Assembly: GCA_040772485.1 (NCBI GenBank)
Contig: JAXGYC010000011.1
Span: 1-64,000, forward strand
DNA from: Sedimentisphaerales bacterium
GTDB lineage: Bacteria; Planctomycetota; Phycisphaerae; Sedimentisphaerales; Anaerobacaceae
Reading direction: 5' to 3'
DNA length: 64,000 bases
Both the position numbers and the translations under genes were made by a program. Within the stretch, counting starts at the first letter, position 1. Each line of letters begins with the position of its first letter. The notes under the pieces were generated by a model. The model was given only the letters and a program-made list of their open reading frames with translations, made no database searches and was not told the DNA's origin. Positions 9,742-19,394 of the stretch are shown one piece after another.

Positions 9742-12000
9742 ATGGGTACTCTCAAGTATTCGCTTGCGGCCTTTGCACTGGCGTCTGTGTGCGTCAGTGC
9801 GTCAGCGCGTGTCCTGTACTTTGAGGATTTCGAATCGTTCGACGCGGGCGTCGTTCTTCATGAACGAGCCGGCTGGGAAGGCTGGTACGGGGATGCGGGA
9901 GCCGCGGGGATTGTGTCCGACAGATATGCCTTCCGTGGCACGAAATCGGTCGAGATCGACGGCAGCGCGGATGCGGTTCAGGTTCTTGACATCACCGAGG
10001 GCAAGTGGGTCCTCACCGCGATGCAGTACATTCCATCGGGGACCAGCGGAGTCACTCGGTTCCACATGCAGAATACATACCGTAATGGCGACATCGGTCG
10101 ATCGGTGCAGTGGTTCTTCTCGCTGAGCGACGGCAAGATCGGGGACGATTACGACTCCAGCGCGTCCGCGGAGATTATCTACGACGAGTGGATCGAACTG
10201 AAACTGGTCATCGATCTGGACAACGATCTGCTGGAGCAGTACTACAACGGCGCGCTATTTTCCACGCGCGCCTGGGTCTACAGCGGGACCTCGCAAATTC
10301 AAAGCATCGACCTGTTTGGCAACGGCGCGTCGTCCGTCTACTATGACGACATAAGAATCGAGGACTATCTCTCAAGTCTGGTGAAGGCACACGATCCCAG
10401 CCCTCAGAGCGACGCGGTAGATGTGCCGCGTGATGTCGTGCTCCGCTGGACAGCGGGCCGATGGGCGGACACACACGATGTGTACTTCGGCACAAGCGCC
10501 GAGGACGTGTCCAATGCCGACCGGTCCGGTCCTTTGGGGGTTCTGGTCAGCACAAGCCAAAGCGAGGCGAGCTTTGACGGCGAGGGTCTTCTCGATTTCG
10601 GCCTCACCTACTACTGGCGGATCGATGAGGTCAACGCCGGTCCCGACAATGCCATCTTCAGAGGCGACGTCTGGAACTTCACGGCCGAGCCATTCGCCTA
10701 TGCGGTCGAGAACATCATCGCGACGAGCAACGCCGCTTCCGAAGCGGGCGCAGGGCCTCAGAACACGGTCAACGGGTCCGGGCTGGACGCCGATGACCGA
10801 CACTCGACCAGGAGCACGGACATGTGGCTCGGCTTGCCTTCGGGCGGCGAGCCGGTGTGGATTCAATACGAATTCAGCCGCGTTGTTCAGTTGTATGAAA
10901 TGTGGGTCTGGAACTACAACGCCGAGTTCGAGCTGGTCCTCGGCTTCGGGATCAAGAACGCCATGGTCGAGTACTCGGAGAATGGCACGGACTGGACGGC
11001 TCTTGGCGACAAGGAGTTCGCGCGGGCGACCGCCAAGGCCACGTATCTGGCCAACACGACGGTGGCATTCGGCGGGGTCCCGGCCAGATACGTCCGGCTG
11101 ACCGTCAACAGCGGGTGGGGTCTGATAGGCCAGTTCGGTCTCAGCGAAGTCCGGTTCCTCTACATACCGGCCCACCCCCGCCAGCCGCAGCCGGCCGACG
11201 GCGCTGCCGACGTGGAAATCAACGCCACTCTGAGCTGGCGCAGCGGCCGCCAGGCCGTCTCGCACGAGGTCTATCTGGGCAACGATCCGGGGACCCTTTC
11301 GCCGGCCGGCACGGTCAGCAGCGCTTCGTTCGTTCCGGGCGATCTTCAGTTCGCCAGCACCTATTACTGGCAGGTCGTGGAGGTCAACGAGGCCGACGCG
11401 GTCCCGGCGTGGGCCGGCGACGTCTGGTCTTTCTCGACCCAGGAGTTTGCGTTGATCGACGGATTTGAGACGTACAACGACGATGTCGACGCCAGGACGA
11501 CGATCTACGACACATGGTTCGACGGCTGGACCAATGACACCGGCTCCACCGTCGGCTACCTCAGCGCGCCTTTTGCCGAGCGCAAGATCGTGCATGGCGG
11601 CCGGCAGTCGATGCCGCTGGCGTACGACAACTCGGCTTCGCCCTTCTACTCGGAGGCAGAGCGAACCTTCGACCGGGATCAGGACTGGACGGCCGGCGGC
11701 GCCGACAGTCTGAGCCTTTACTTCCAGGGCAGCCCCACGAACTCCCCCCAGACGCTGTATCTCATGCTGGAGGACGACGCCGGACACGCCGCAACGGTCA
11801 GCCACGCAGACCCGGACGCCGTCCTGGCCGCCGAGTGGCAGCAATGGCGCATCCCGCTGGACCAGTTCGCAGGCGTCGATCCAAGTCGGATTCAGAAGAT
11901 GGCTGTCGGCATCGGCAACCGGACGAGCCCGACCGCCGGTGGAACCGGCATCGTCTATATTGATGACATCGGCTACGGCCGCCCTGCTGCCGCCGATTGA
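9742..12000 (+). CDS. Secreted discoidin (F5/8 type C-like) modular protein, paralog 1, jelly-roll head
   Basis: Signal peptide; shared body (HDVYFG, YYWRIDEVN, WNYN.EFE, GLSEVRF, IDGFETYND); C-terminus YIDDIGYGRPAAAD. Confidence 0.85.
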   Translation: MGTLKYSLAAFALASVCVSASARVLYFEDFESFDAGVVLHERAGWEGWYGDAGAAGIVSDRYAFRGTKSVEIDGSADAVQVLDITEGKWVLTAMQYIPSGTSGVTRFHMQNTYRNGDIGRSVQWFFSLSDGKIGDDYDSSASAEIIYDEWIELKLVIDLDNDLLEQYYNGALFSTRAWVYSGTSQIQSIDLFGNGASSVYYDDIRIEDYLSSLVKAHDPSPQSDAVDVPRDVVLRWTAGRWADTHDVYFGTSAEDVSNADRSGPLGVLVSTSQSEASFDGEGLLDFGLTYYWRIDEVNAGPDNAIFRGDVWNFTAEPFAYAVENIIATSNAASEAGAGPQNTVNGSGLDADDRHSTRSTDMWLGLPSGGEPVWIQYEFSRVVQLYEMWVWNYNAEFELVLGFGIKNAMVEYSENGTDWTALGDKEFARATAKATYLANTTVAFGGVPARYVRLTVNSGWGLIGQFGLSEVRFLYIPAHPRQPQPADGAADVEINATLSWRSGRQAVSHEVYLGNDPGTLSPAGTVSSASFVPGDLQFASTYYWQVVEVNEADAVPAWAGDVWSFSTQEFALIDGFETYNDDVDARTTIYDTWFDGWTNDTGSTVGYLSAPFAERKIVHGGRQSMPLAYDNSASPFYSEAERTFDRDQDWTAGGADSLSLYFQGSPTNSPQTLYLMLEDDAGHAATVSHADPDAVLAAEWQQWRIPLDQFAGVDPSRIQKMAVGIGNRTSPTAGGTGIVYIDDIGYGRPAAAD

Positions 12001-12115
12001 GCCTGGACTTCGGCAGAACCGGCGTCTGACCGCGATTCGCTGCGGATTTCGGGCCCTGGGGCCACGCGACACGGGCCCCGGCCATCTCCCGCGCGTTTGG
12101 CGCATGTGATTTTGC

Positions 12116-12145
12116 TTGATTCCGAACGACGCCATGTCATAAAAT
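12116..12145 (+). promoter_or_regulatory. Putative sigma70-type promoter for paralog 2
   Basis: TTGATT-N18-TAAAAT in a locally AT-rich intergenic region. Confidence 0.45.
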
Positions 12146-12354
12146 AGATAAATCATGTCTTGTGGCTGATGTTGGTGTCGGACCGTGGGAGCGGCGTTTC
12201 CGCTCGAGGAGGAGTCACCACAGTGGCAAGCGCAGTCGCATTTCGCAGCCTGTTATTCCCCTCTATCGCCGCAGTGGTATGGCGATCGGTGTTCTTCGTG
12301 TTCGAACATAGCGTAGTACTCTGAAGTCGCGGTATGCTTTGAAGGAGAACGACC

Positions 12355-15270
12355 ATGGGCAAAATGTTGGAAGCGTTGAGACTGTGTGTCTTCGTAGTAG
12401 GTGTGATGGGCGGCCCTATCGTGTACGCTGCCGATCCCGCGCTGGTCGGCTGGTGGAAATTCGATGAGGGAGTGGGGACGGCCGCCCGGGACTCCAGCAG
12501 CTACCGGCACGACGGCGCCCTCGTGGGCGACCCTCAATGGGAGACGGGCCAGATCGGGTCGGGCGCCCTGAGCTTCGACGGATCGGGCGGTTTGGTGGAG
12601 GCATCCGAGAGCTCGGTGCTTGACATCGACAACGCCTTGACCATCACGGCATGGGTGAATCTGAACAATCTCACGACGTACTACTTCATCGCCTGCAAGT
12701 CGCCCAGTGGCACGGCGGGGTCGAACTTCCCCGGCAACTACGAGTTCCGCGTCCAGGTGACCAATGGTCTGCTGCAGTTGGGTTACCAGAACACACCGGG
12801 GGAGGTGTACGTCTTCCACACCTCCACGACGGCGATCGCCGCGGGGCAGTGGTATCATGTGGCTGTGACGCTTCTGAAGGGTGGCCAGGTGGAGTTCTAC
12901 ATCGACGGGGTATCCGCCGGCGCGACTGCCCAAACCGCAGAGTTCGGCATCCTGAACGATGAGCCGATCCGTATCGGCGGGCGCAAAGACAACTACTCCT
13001 ACTTCAACGGGCTGATCGACGATGTTCGCATCTACAGTCGGGTCCTGACGGCGGAGGAGTTGGCTGACGTCATGCTCGGCAAGGGCCCCAATGCGGAGTT
13101 GGCCGACGAGCCCAGTCCGGCCAATGAGGCGACGGACGTGCCGCGAGATACGTCTCTGGCCTGGGAGCCGGGCGAGTTCGCGGCGACGCACGACGTGTAT
13201 TTCGGCACCGCGTTCGACGACGTCAACGATGCGAGCCGGGCCAACCCGATGGGCGTGCTGGTCAGCCAGGGCCAGGCGGCGTCCAGTTACGATCCGGCGG
13301 GCGTGCTCGACTTCGAGACGACCTATTACTGGCGCGTCGATGAGGTCAATGCGCCGCCGACCAATACCATCTTCAAGGGCGAGGTCTGGAGCTTCACGAC
13401 CGAGCCGGTCGGCTATCCCATCGCCGGCATCGTCGCCACCAGCAACGGGACCTCCGAGGCCGCCGCCGGACCGCAAAACACGGTCAACGGCTCCGGGCTC
13501 GATGCCGCCGATCAGCACTCGACCATCAGCAGCGACATGTGGCTGGCCACGCCCGGTGCCGAGCCGCTGTGGATACAGTTTGAGTTCGAACGTGTTTACA
13601 AGCTCCATCAGATGCTCGTCTGGAATTCCAACAGCCAATTCGAGCTGATTCTCGGTTTCGGCATCAAGGCTGTCACAGTCGAGTACTCCGAGAACGGGAC
13701 GGACTGGACCGCTCTGGGTGATTTTGAGTTAGCCCGGGCCACGGCCAAACCGACATACACGGCCAACACGACCGTCGATTTCGGCGGGGTTCCCGTCAAG
13801 TACGTGCGTCTGAACGTCAACAGCGGCTATGGCATGATGGGCCAGTACGGACTCAGTGAAGTTCGCTTCCTGTACATTCCGGCCCAGACCCGCGAGCCGC
13901 AGCCGGCCGACGGCGCCGCCGACGTGGAAGTCGGCACGGCTCTGGCCTGGCGCAGCGGTCGCGAGGCCGTCTCGCACCAGGTGTATCTGGGCACAGACGC
14001 AGACGCAATGAGTTTGGCCGGCACGGTTGATGTGGCCACGTTTGCACCGGCGTTGGAGTTCGGCAGCACGTACTATTGGCAGGTCGACGAAGTCAACGAG
14101 GCCGATGCCGTGACTACATGGGCCGGCGACCTCTGGAGTTTCTCGACGCAAGAATACGCTTTAATCGACGGGTTCGAGACTTACAACGACGACGTCGACG
14201 CCAAGACGACGATCTTCGACACCTGGCTCGACGGCTGGGTCAACGAAACCGGTTCGACCGTCGGCTACCTCAACGCACCGTTCGCCGAGAAGACCATCGT
14301 CCGCACCGGCACACAGTCCATGCCGCTGGCGTACGACAACAGCGTCTCGCCGTTCTATTCCGAGGCGTGGCGCGAGTTTGAAGCCGCGCAGGACTGGACC
14401 GGCCACGGCGCCGACCGGCTGGTGCTCTACGTACGCGGCAATGCGCCCGACTTCGTGGAGACTGCCGATGGCAGCATCATCATGAACGCTATCGGCACCG
14501 ATATCTGGAACACAACCGACCAGTTCCGCTATGCCTACAAAAGCCTCAGCGGCGACGGCTCGATCGCCGTCCGCGTCGACAGTCTGGTCCGCAGCAACGA
14601 GTGGGCCAAGGCCGGCGTGATGATCCGTGAGACGCTGGACGCCGCCTCGGCACATGCCTTCGTGGCGGTGACGCCGACGCCGTCGCACGGTCTTTCGTTC
14701 CAGCGTCGTCCGACAGCCAATGCGGCCAGCGCTAATACGGACCTGGCCGACATCGCGCTGCCGCACTGGGTGAAGCTGACCCGGACGGGCAATGTCTTTG
14801 CCGCCCAGCAGTCGGAAGACGGTGAGACCTGGATCGACATCGTGGTCAGCCCGGCGCTGGAAATTCCGATGGCCGGCGACGTGTACATTGGTCTGGCCCT
14901 GACCAGCCACGCCACGGTGGCGACAGGTGCGGAGTTCTCGAACATCTCGACGACCGGCAACGTGACAGGCGTCTGGCAGACCGCCGAGGTGGGCGTTGCG
15001 CAGCCCGCCGGCAGCCAGGCTGAGAAGATGTACGTGACGATCGAGGACAGCGCCGGCAACAGCGCGACAGCCGTGCATCCCGATGACGCCATCACGCTGC
15101 ATCTGGCGTGGCAGGAGTGGTCGATCCCGTACAGCACACTGAGCGGTGTGAATCTGGCCCGCGTCAACAAGATGGTTATCGGCGTCGGCAGCAGGACCGC
15201 TCCGACCGCCGGCGGCGCTGATGTCGTCTACGTCGACGATATCGGCTACGGCCGACCGGCGGCTGAATAA
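12355..15270 (+). CDS. Secreted LamG plus discoidin modular protein, paralog 2
   Basis: GAAGGAG RBS; signal peptide; LamG head (LVGWWKFDEG...WYHVAVT...FNGLIDDVRIY); shared body ending YVDDIGYGRPAAE. Confidence 0.9.
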   Translation: MGKMLEALRLCVFVVGVMGGPIVYAADPALVGWWKFDEGVGTAARDSSSYRHDGALVGDPQWETGQIGSGALSFDGSGGLVEASESSVLDIDNALTITAWVNLNNLTTYYFIACKSPSGTAGSNFPGNYEFRVQVTNGLLQLGYQNTPGEVYVFHTSTTAIAAGQWYHVAVTLLKGGQVEFYIDGVSAGATAQTAEFGILNDEPIRIGGRKDNYSYFNGLIDDVRIYSRVLTAEELADVMLGKGPNAELADEPSPANEATDVPRDTSLAWEPGEFAATHDVYFGTAFDDVNDASRANPMGVLVSQGQAASSYDPAGVLDFETTYYWRVDEVNAPPTNTIFKGEVWSFTTEPVGYPIAGIVATSNGTSEAAAGPQNTVNGSGLDAADQHSTISSDMWLATPGAEPLWIQFEFERVYKLHQMLVWNSNSQFELILGFGIKAVTVEYSENGTDWTALGDFELARATAKPTYTANTTVDFGGVPVKYVRLNVNSGYGMMGQYGLSEVRFLYIPAQTREPQPADGAADVEVGTALAWRSGREAVSHQVYLGTDADAMSLAGTVDVATFAPALEFGSTYYWQVDEVNEADAVTTWAGDLWSFSTQEYALIDGFETYNDDVDAKTTIFDTWLDGWVNETGSTVGYLNAPFAEKTIVRTGTQSMPLAYDNSVSPFYSEAWREFEAAQDWTGHGADRLVLYVRGNAPDFVETADGSIIMNAIGTDIWNTTDQFRYAYKSLSGDGSIAVRVDSLVRSNEWAKAGVMIRETLDAASAHAFVAVTPTPSHGLSFQRRPTANAASANTDLADIALPHWVKLTRTGNVFAAQQSEDGETWIDIVVSPALEIPMAGDVYIGLALTSHATVATGAEFSNISTTGNVTGVWQTAEVGVAQPAGSQAEKMYVTIEDSAGNSATAVHPDDAITLHLAWQEWSIPYSTLSGVNLARVNKMVIGVGSRTAPTAGGADVVYVDDIGYGRPAAE

Positions 15271-15299
15271 CCCGGCCGGGGCGAACGGACCTGTCACAT

Positions 15300-15340
15300 G
15301 GGGCCTGAGTCCACACAATCCAGGCCCCTTGCTTCTTTGG
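15300..15340 (+). terminator. Putative intrinsic terminator
   Basis: GGGGCCTG...CAGGCCCC stem followed by a T-rich tract, 30 nt after the stop codon. Confidence 0.55.
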
Positions 15341-15456
15341 TCTTTGATTCTCGCTCAGGAAACCCAGTCATGGCGATGATGAAACGCGGTTGCCTGGGAA
15401 GCGCGATTCTGGTACAAGTAAGTAGAGTCTGAGTCTTCTCTTGAAGGAGGATTGCC

Positions 15457-18402
15457 ATGTGCACGCCCAGACGTTTCCGGAACACAAGATCGGGAAGACC
15501 ACATTGGGGATGCTTTCTGCTGCTGTTGTTCAACACCGCTTTGATGGCGGCCGGCCCGGACACGGCGGGACTGGTGCTCTACCTGCCCATGGAGAGCGCC
15601 GAGAGTCCCATCGACGCCTCGGCCAATCCCACGACCGTAACGGTTCTGGGCTCGCTCAGCGCAGCGGACGGGCAGCTTGGGACTCGGGGACTGGCGTTCA
15701 ACGGCGATCCTGCCAATCGCCTCGAAATCGCCCACGCCCCCAAGCTGGAGGGCATGTCGACGCTGACCATCGAGGCCTGGGCGTTTCCGCAGAACATCGC
15801 CAGTCATGAGGGAATGGCCATCGTCTCCAAGCGAATCGCCAACCAGAATGGCGACGCCTACAACCTGTTCATCTGGACGGGCCAGCGCCTGGAAGCTCGC
15901 GTCAATGCGACGGGAGGAATCAACTCCACGACCGTCCTGCAAAACGACACGTGGTACCACATCGCGTACACATTTGACGCCCAGGCCGCAACCGGCCAGA
16001 AAACGAAGCTCTACGTCAACGGAATCCTGGAGGCCACGGGCGATCATACCGCCACGGCGGCGCAGGGATCCAACGGCGGCGGCGCGCCGTTGTGGGTTGG
16101 CGAGCTGGATGCCGCCCGAGGGTTCCCGTGGGACGGCGTTCTCGACGAGATCGGCATCTGGAACATCGTCCTGACCGAGGAGGACGTCAATCTGCTGATG
16201 GTCCAGACCAAGGCGAAGATGCTCAGCGGAGGCATCGCGTCGAATCCGATGCCACCTGATGGCTCCGACGACATCCTGCGGTCCACGGACCTTTCCTGGA
16301 CGGCCGGCGAATATGCGGCTACGCACGACGTCTACTTCGGCCTTTCTCGCGAGGACGTCAATGCAGCGGCTCCCGCAGCCCTGGTCGCCCAGGGTCTGGC
16401 CCGAGACGTCGACAGCGTGGACGTCGGGTACCTGGACTTCGGCCGCACCTACTATTGGCGCGTCGACGAAGTCAACGGCGCTCCTGATTTTGCGGTGCTC
16501 AAGGGCGACGTCTGGAGCTTCACGGTAGAGCCAATTGCCTACCCGATCGAAAGCGTTCAAGCCACCACCAACGGAATCTCGGACGCGGTGTCCACAGCGC
16601 AACGGACGGTCGATGGCTCCGGCATCGACGACGACGATCAGGCCTCGATCGAAAGCGGCGACATGTGGCTGGCCACCCCGCCGGCGGGCGAAACTCTCTA
16701 CATCCAATATGAGTTCGACCGCATCTACAAGCTCCATGAGATGCTCGTCTGGAACTACAACGTGCAGTTCGAGCTGGTCCTCGGCTTCGGACTCAAGGGC
16801 GTGACCGTCGAATACTCCGAGAACGGCGCCGATTGGATCGCGCTGGGCGACTTCGAGCTTGCACGGGCGACGGCCAAGGCCACGTACACGGCCAATACGG
16901 CTGTGCCGTTCGACGGGGCGCCGGCGAAGTTCGTCCGGCTGAACGTCAACAGCGGCTGGGGTCCGATGGGCCAGTACGGCCTCAGCGAGGTTCGCTTCCT
17001 GTACATTCCCGCCCAGGCGCGGGAGCCGCAACCCGCCGATGGCGCTGTGGACGTCGAGCCGGCGACGACGCTGAGCTGGCGTGCCGGCCGAGAAGCGGCT
17101 TCGCACGAGGTGCATCTGGGCACGGACCCGAACGTCCTGGCGCTGGCCGGTACGGCTGACTCGGCGACCTTCGCTCCCACGCTGGAATTCGGAAGCACCT
17201 ACTACTGGCAGATCGTTGAAGTCAACGAGGCCGACGCGGTCCCGGCGTGGGCCGGCGACATCTGGAACTTCTCGACACGGGAATATGCACTGATCGACGG
17301 CTTCGAAACCTATACCGACAACATCGATGCCCACGAGACGATCTTCGACACGTGGCTCGATGGCTGGGTCAACGACACCGGCTCCACCGTTGGCTATCTC
17401 GACGCGCCGTTTGCCGAGAAGACCATCGTCCGCAGCGGCCGGCAGTCCATGCCGCTGCAATACGACAACTCGACCGCGCCGTTCTACTCCGAGACCGAAC
17501 GCGAGTTCCAGGCCGCCCAGAACTGGACCGGCTACGGCGCCGACACCCTCGTGCTCTACGTGCGAGGCAACGCGCCGTCCTTCGTGGAGACCGCCGACGG
17601 AGGCGTCATCATGAGCGCCGTCGGCACGGACATCTGGGACACGACCGACCAGTTCCGCTATGCCTATAAAAACCTCAGCGGCGACGGCTCGATGACGGTC
17701 CGCGTCGATAGTCTGGTTCGCAGCAACGAGTGGGCCAAGGCCGGCGTGATGATCCGCGAGACGCTGGAGCCCGGCTCAAAGCACGCTTTCGCTGCGTTGA
17801 CGCCGGAGCCGTCGCACGGGCTTTCGTTCCAGCGCCGCCCGGTGGCCGGACAGGCCAGCGGCAATACGGACGTGGCCAATATCCCGCTTCCACACTGGGT
17901 GAAGCTGACCCGCACGGGCAACGTGTTCGCCGCCCAGCAATCGGCCGACGGCGTCACCTGGACGGACGTTGTGGTGAGCCCGGCGTTGGAAATCCAGATG
18001 GCCGGCAACGTGTACGTCGGCCTGGCGCTGTGCAGCCACGATGCGGCGATTGTGACGGCGGCCGAGTTCTCGAACGTCTCAACAACCGGCAACGTAACCG
18101 GCAACTGGCAAACGGCGGAAATCGGCGTCGCGCAGCCGGCGGGCAACTCGTCGGAGTCGATGTACGTGACGATCGAGGACGCCGCCGGCAAGACGGCAAT
18201 GGTTGTGAACGCCGACGCGGCCATCACCGTCCGTCCCACGTGGCAGGAATGGGCCATCCCGTACAGCGATCTGTCCGGCGTGAATCTCAGCCGCGTTCAG
18301 AAGATGGTGATCGGGGTCGGCAGCAAGACCAGTCCGAAGGCCGGCGGAACCGGCACCGTGTATATCGACGACATAGGTTACGGCCGGCCGGCGGCCGAGT
18401 GA
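15457..18402 (+). CDS. Secreted LamG plus discoidin modular protein, paralog 3
   Basis: GAAGGAGG RBS; divergent LamG head (LVLYLPME...WYHIAYTF...GVLDEIGIW); shared body ending YIDDIGYGRPAAE. Confidence 0.9.
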   Translation: MCTPRRFRNTRSGRPHWGCFLLLLFNTALMAAGPDTAGLVLYLPMESAESPIDASANPTTVTVLGSLSAADGQLGTRGLAFNGDPANRLEIAHAPKLEGMSTLTIEAWAFPQNIASHEGMAIVSKRIANQNGDAYNLFIWTGQRLEARVNATGGINSTTVLQNDTWYHIAYTFDAQAATGQKTKLYVNGILEATGDHTATAAQGSNGGGAPLWVGELDAARGFPWDGVLDEIGIWNIVLTEEDVNLLMVQTKAKMLSGGIASNPMPPDGSDDILRSTDLSWTAGEYAATHDVYFGLSREDVNAAAPAALVAQGLARDVDSVDVGYLDFGRTYYWRVDEVNGAPDFAVLKGDVWSFTVEPIAYPIESVQATTNGISDAVSTAQRTVDGSGIDDDDQASIESGDMWLATPPAGETLYIQYEFDRIYKLHEMLVWNYNVQFELVLGFGLKGVTVEYSENGADWIALGDFELARATAKATYTANTAVPFDGAPAKFVRLNVNSGWGPMGQYGLSEVRFLYIPAQAREPQPADGAVDVEPATTLSWRAGREAASHEVHLGTDPNVLALAGTADSATFAPTLEFGSTYYWQIVEVNEADAVPAWAGDIWNFSTREYALIDGFETYTDNIDAHETIFDTWLDGWVNDTGSTVGYLDAPFAEKTIVRSGRQSMPLQYDNSTAPFYSETEREFQAAQNWTGYGADTLVLYVRGNAPSFVETADGGVIMSAVGTDIWDTTDQFRYAYKNLSGDGSMTVRVDSLVRSNEWAKAGVMIRETLEPGSKHAFAALTPEPSHGLSFQRRPVAGQASGNTDVANIPLPHWVKLTRTGNVFAAQQSADGVTWTDVVVSPALEIQMAGNVYVGLALCSHDAAIVTAAEFSNVSTTGNVTGNWQTAEIGVAQPAGNSSESMYVTIEDAAGKTAMVVNADAAITVRPTWQEWAIPYSDLSGVNLSRVQKMVIGVGSKTSPKAGGTGTVYIDDIGYGRPAAE

Positions 18403-19394
18403 TGTAGCCCGAGCCGCAGGACTTCGCGGGCTTCGGAAGGACTCTGCCGGGCCCCGCGGGCCCCGGCCGGTGTTTCACGCGCCTGCGCCGGACATGCCCG
18501 CTGCATGGAGCACGGACCATGGGTCGATTCCCCACTCGGCTCCAGGTGAACCCGTCTGCACGCCCGGCGGGGCATGTTCAACTGCGTCCTGAAGAGATTT
18601 TCTTGCATCCGGGCCGTGAATCTGCTACAAAGTCATAGGCGAGTGGTTATTCGCCCCTGCCGGCACACATCGTTGTGCCTGCTCTCGGGAACTGCCTCAG
18701 TGCCGGCCGCATTTTCGTGCGGCCGGGCTTATGCGGCGGAATCGAGAGGCCCTTGGCGGTGAGAACGACCTGTACATGCCGCCAAAGGGAGAAGGCGGCG
18801 TTGTGGCCGCCTGGAAACGTGTTCTATCCGCAGATGGGGTGTACCATCCGTCTTGGCGAAGGAAGGAGGTCGCCGTACGACAGAATGTGAATCGCTGAGG
18901 GTAGAAGGTTCGATTGTCCGCTGAGGAGGGGCACGCGAGGGTCAGATACGGTCAGGTGCGTCGGTCCGGGAGTTTCACCGGTCCGGCGGGACCGTTCGTA
19001 TCGCGCATGTTGTCTCGCCGCTGAGAAGGCTCTCATATCCCCACTCGCACGATGGGATGTTCATCTTCCTGGCGACAGGCCCGTAGAATCACGACGCATC
19101 AGGAGCTGCGCCAATCCGGTCCGGTACAGAATGTAACGCCATGCTGTGGGCCGCCGCGCGCGGCCTGCCGTGATTCTCTCGAACGCATCGGCCGGCTGAC
19201 AGTGTCCCCATTGTTCGTCTCCGAGCCATCTACTCTCGAAACGCGCCACGGGCGCCCGTCGCGTCGCTCGAGCGCATCGTCCGGCGTTCCAACGGCGCGC
19301 GGCACTGTCGCCAATGTCGCAAGGTCGTCCGCAGAGCCATCGAGCTGCCCTGCGACAACCGGATTCAAGTCAGTATATGCAGAAAGGAAGAGAA

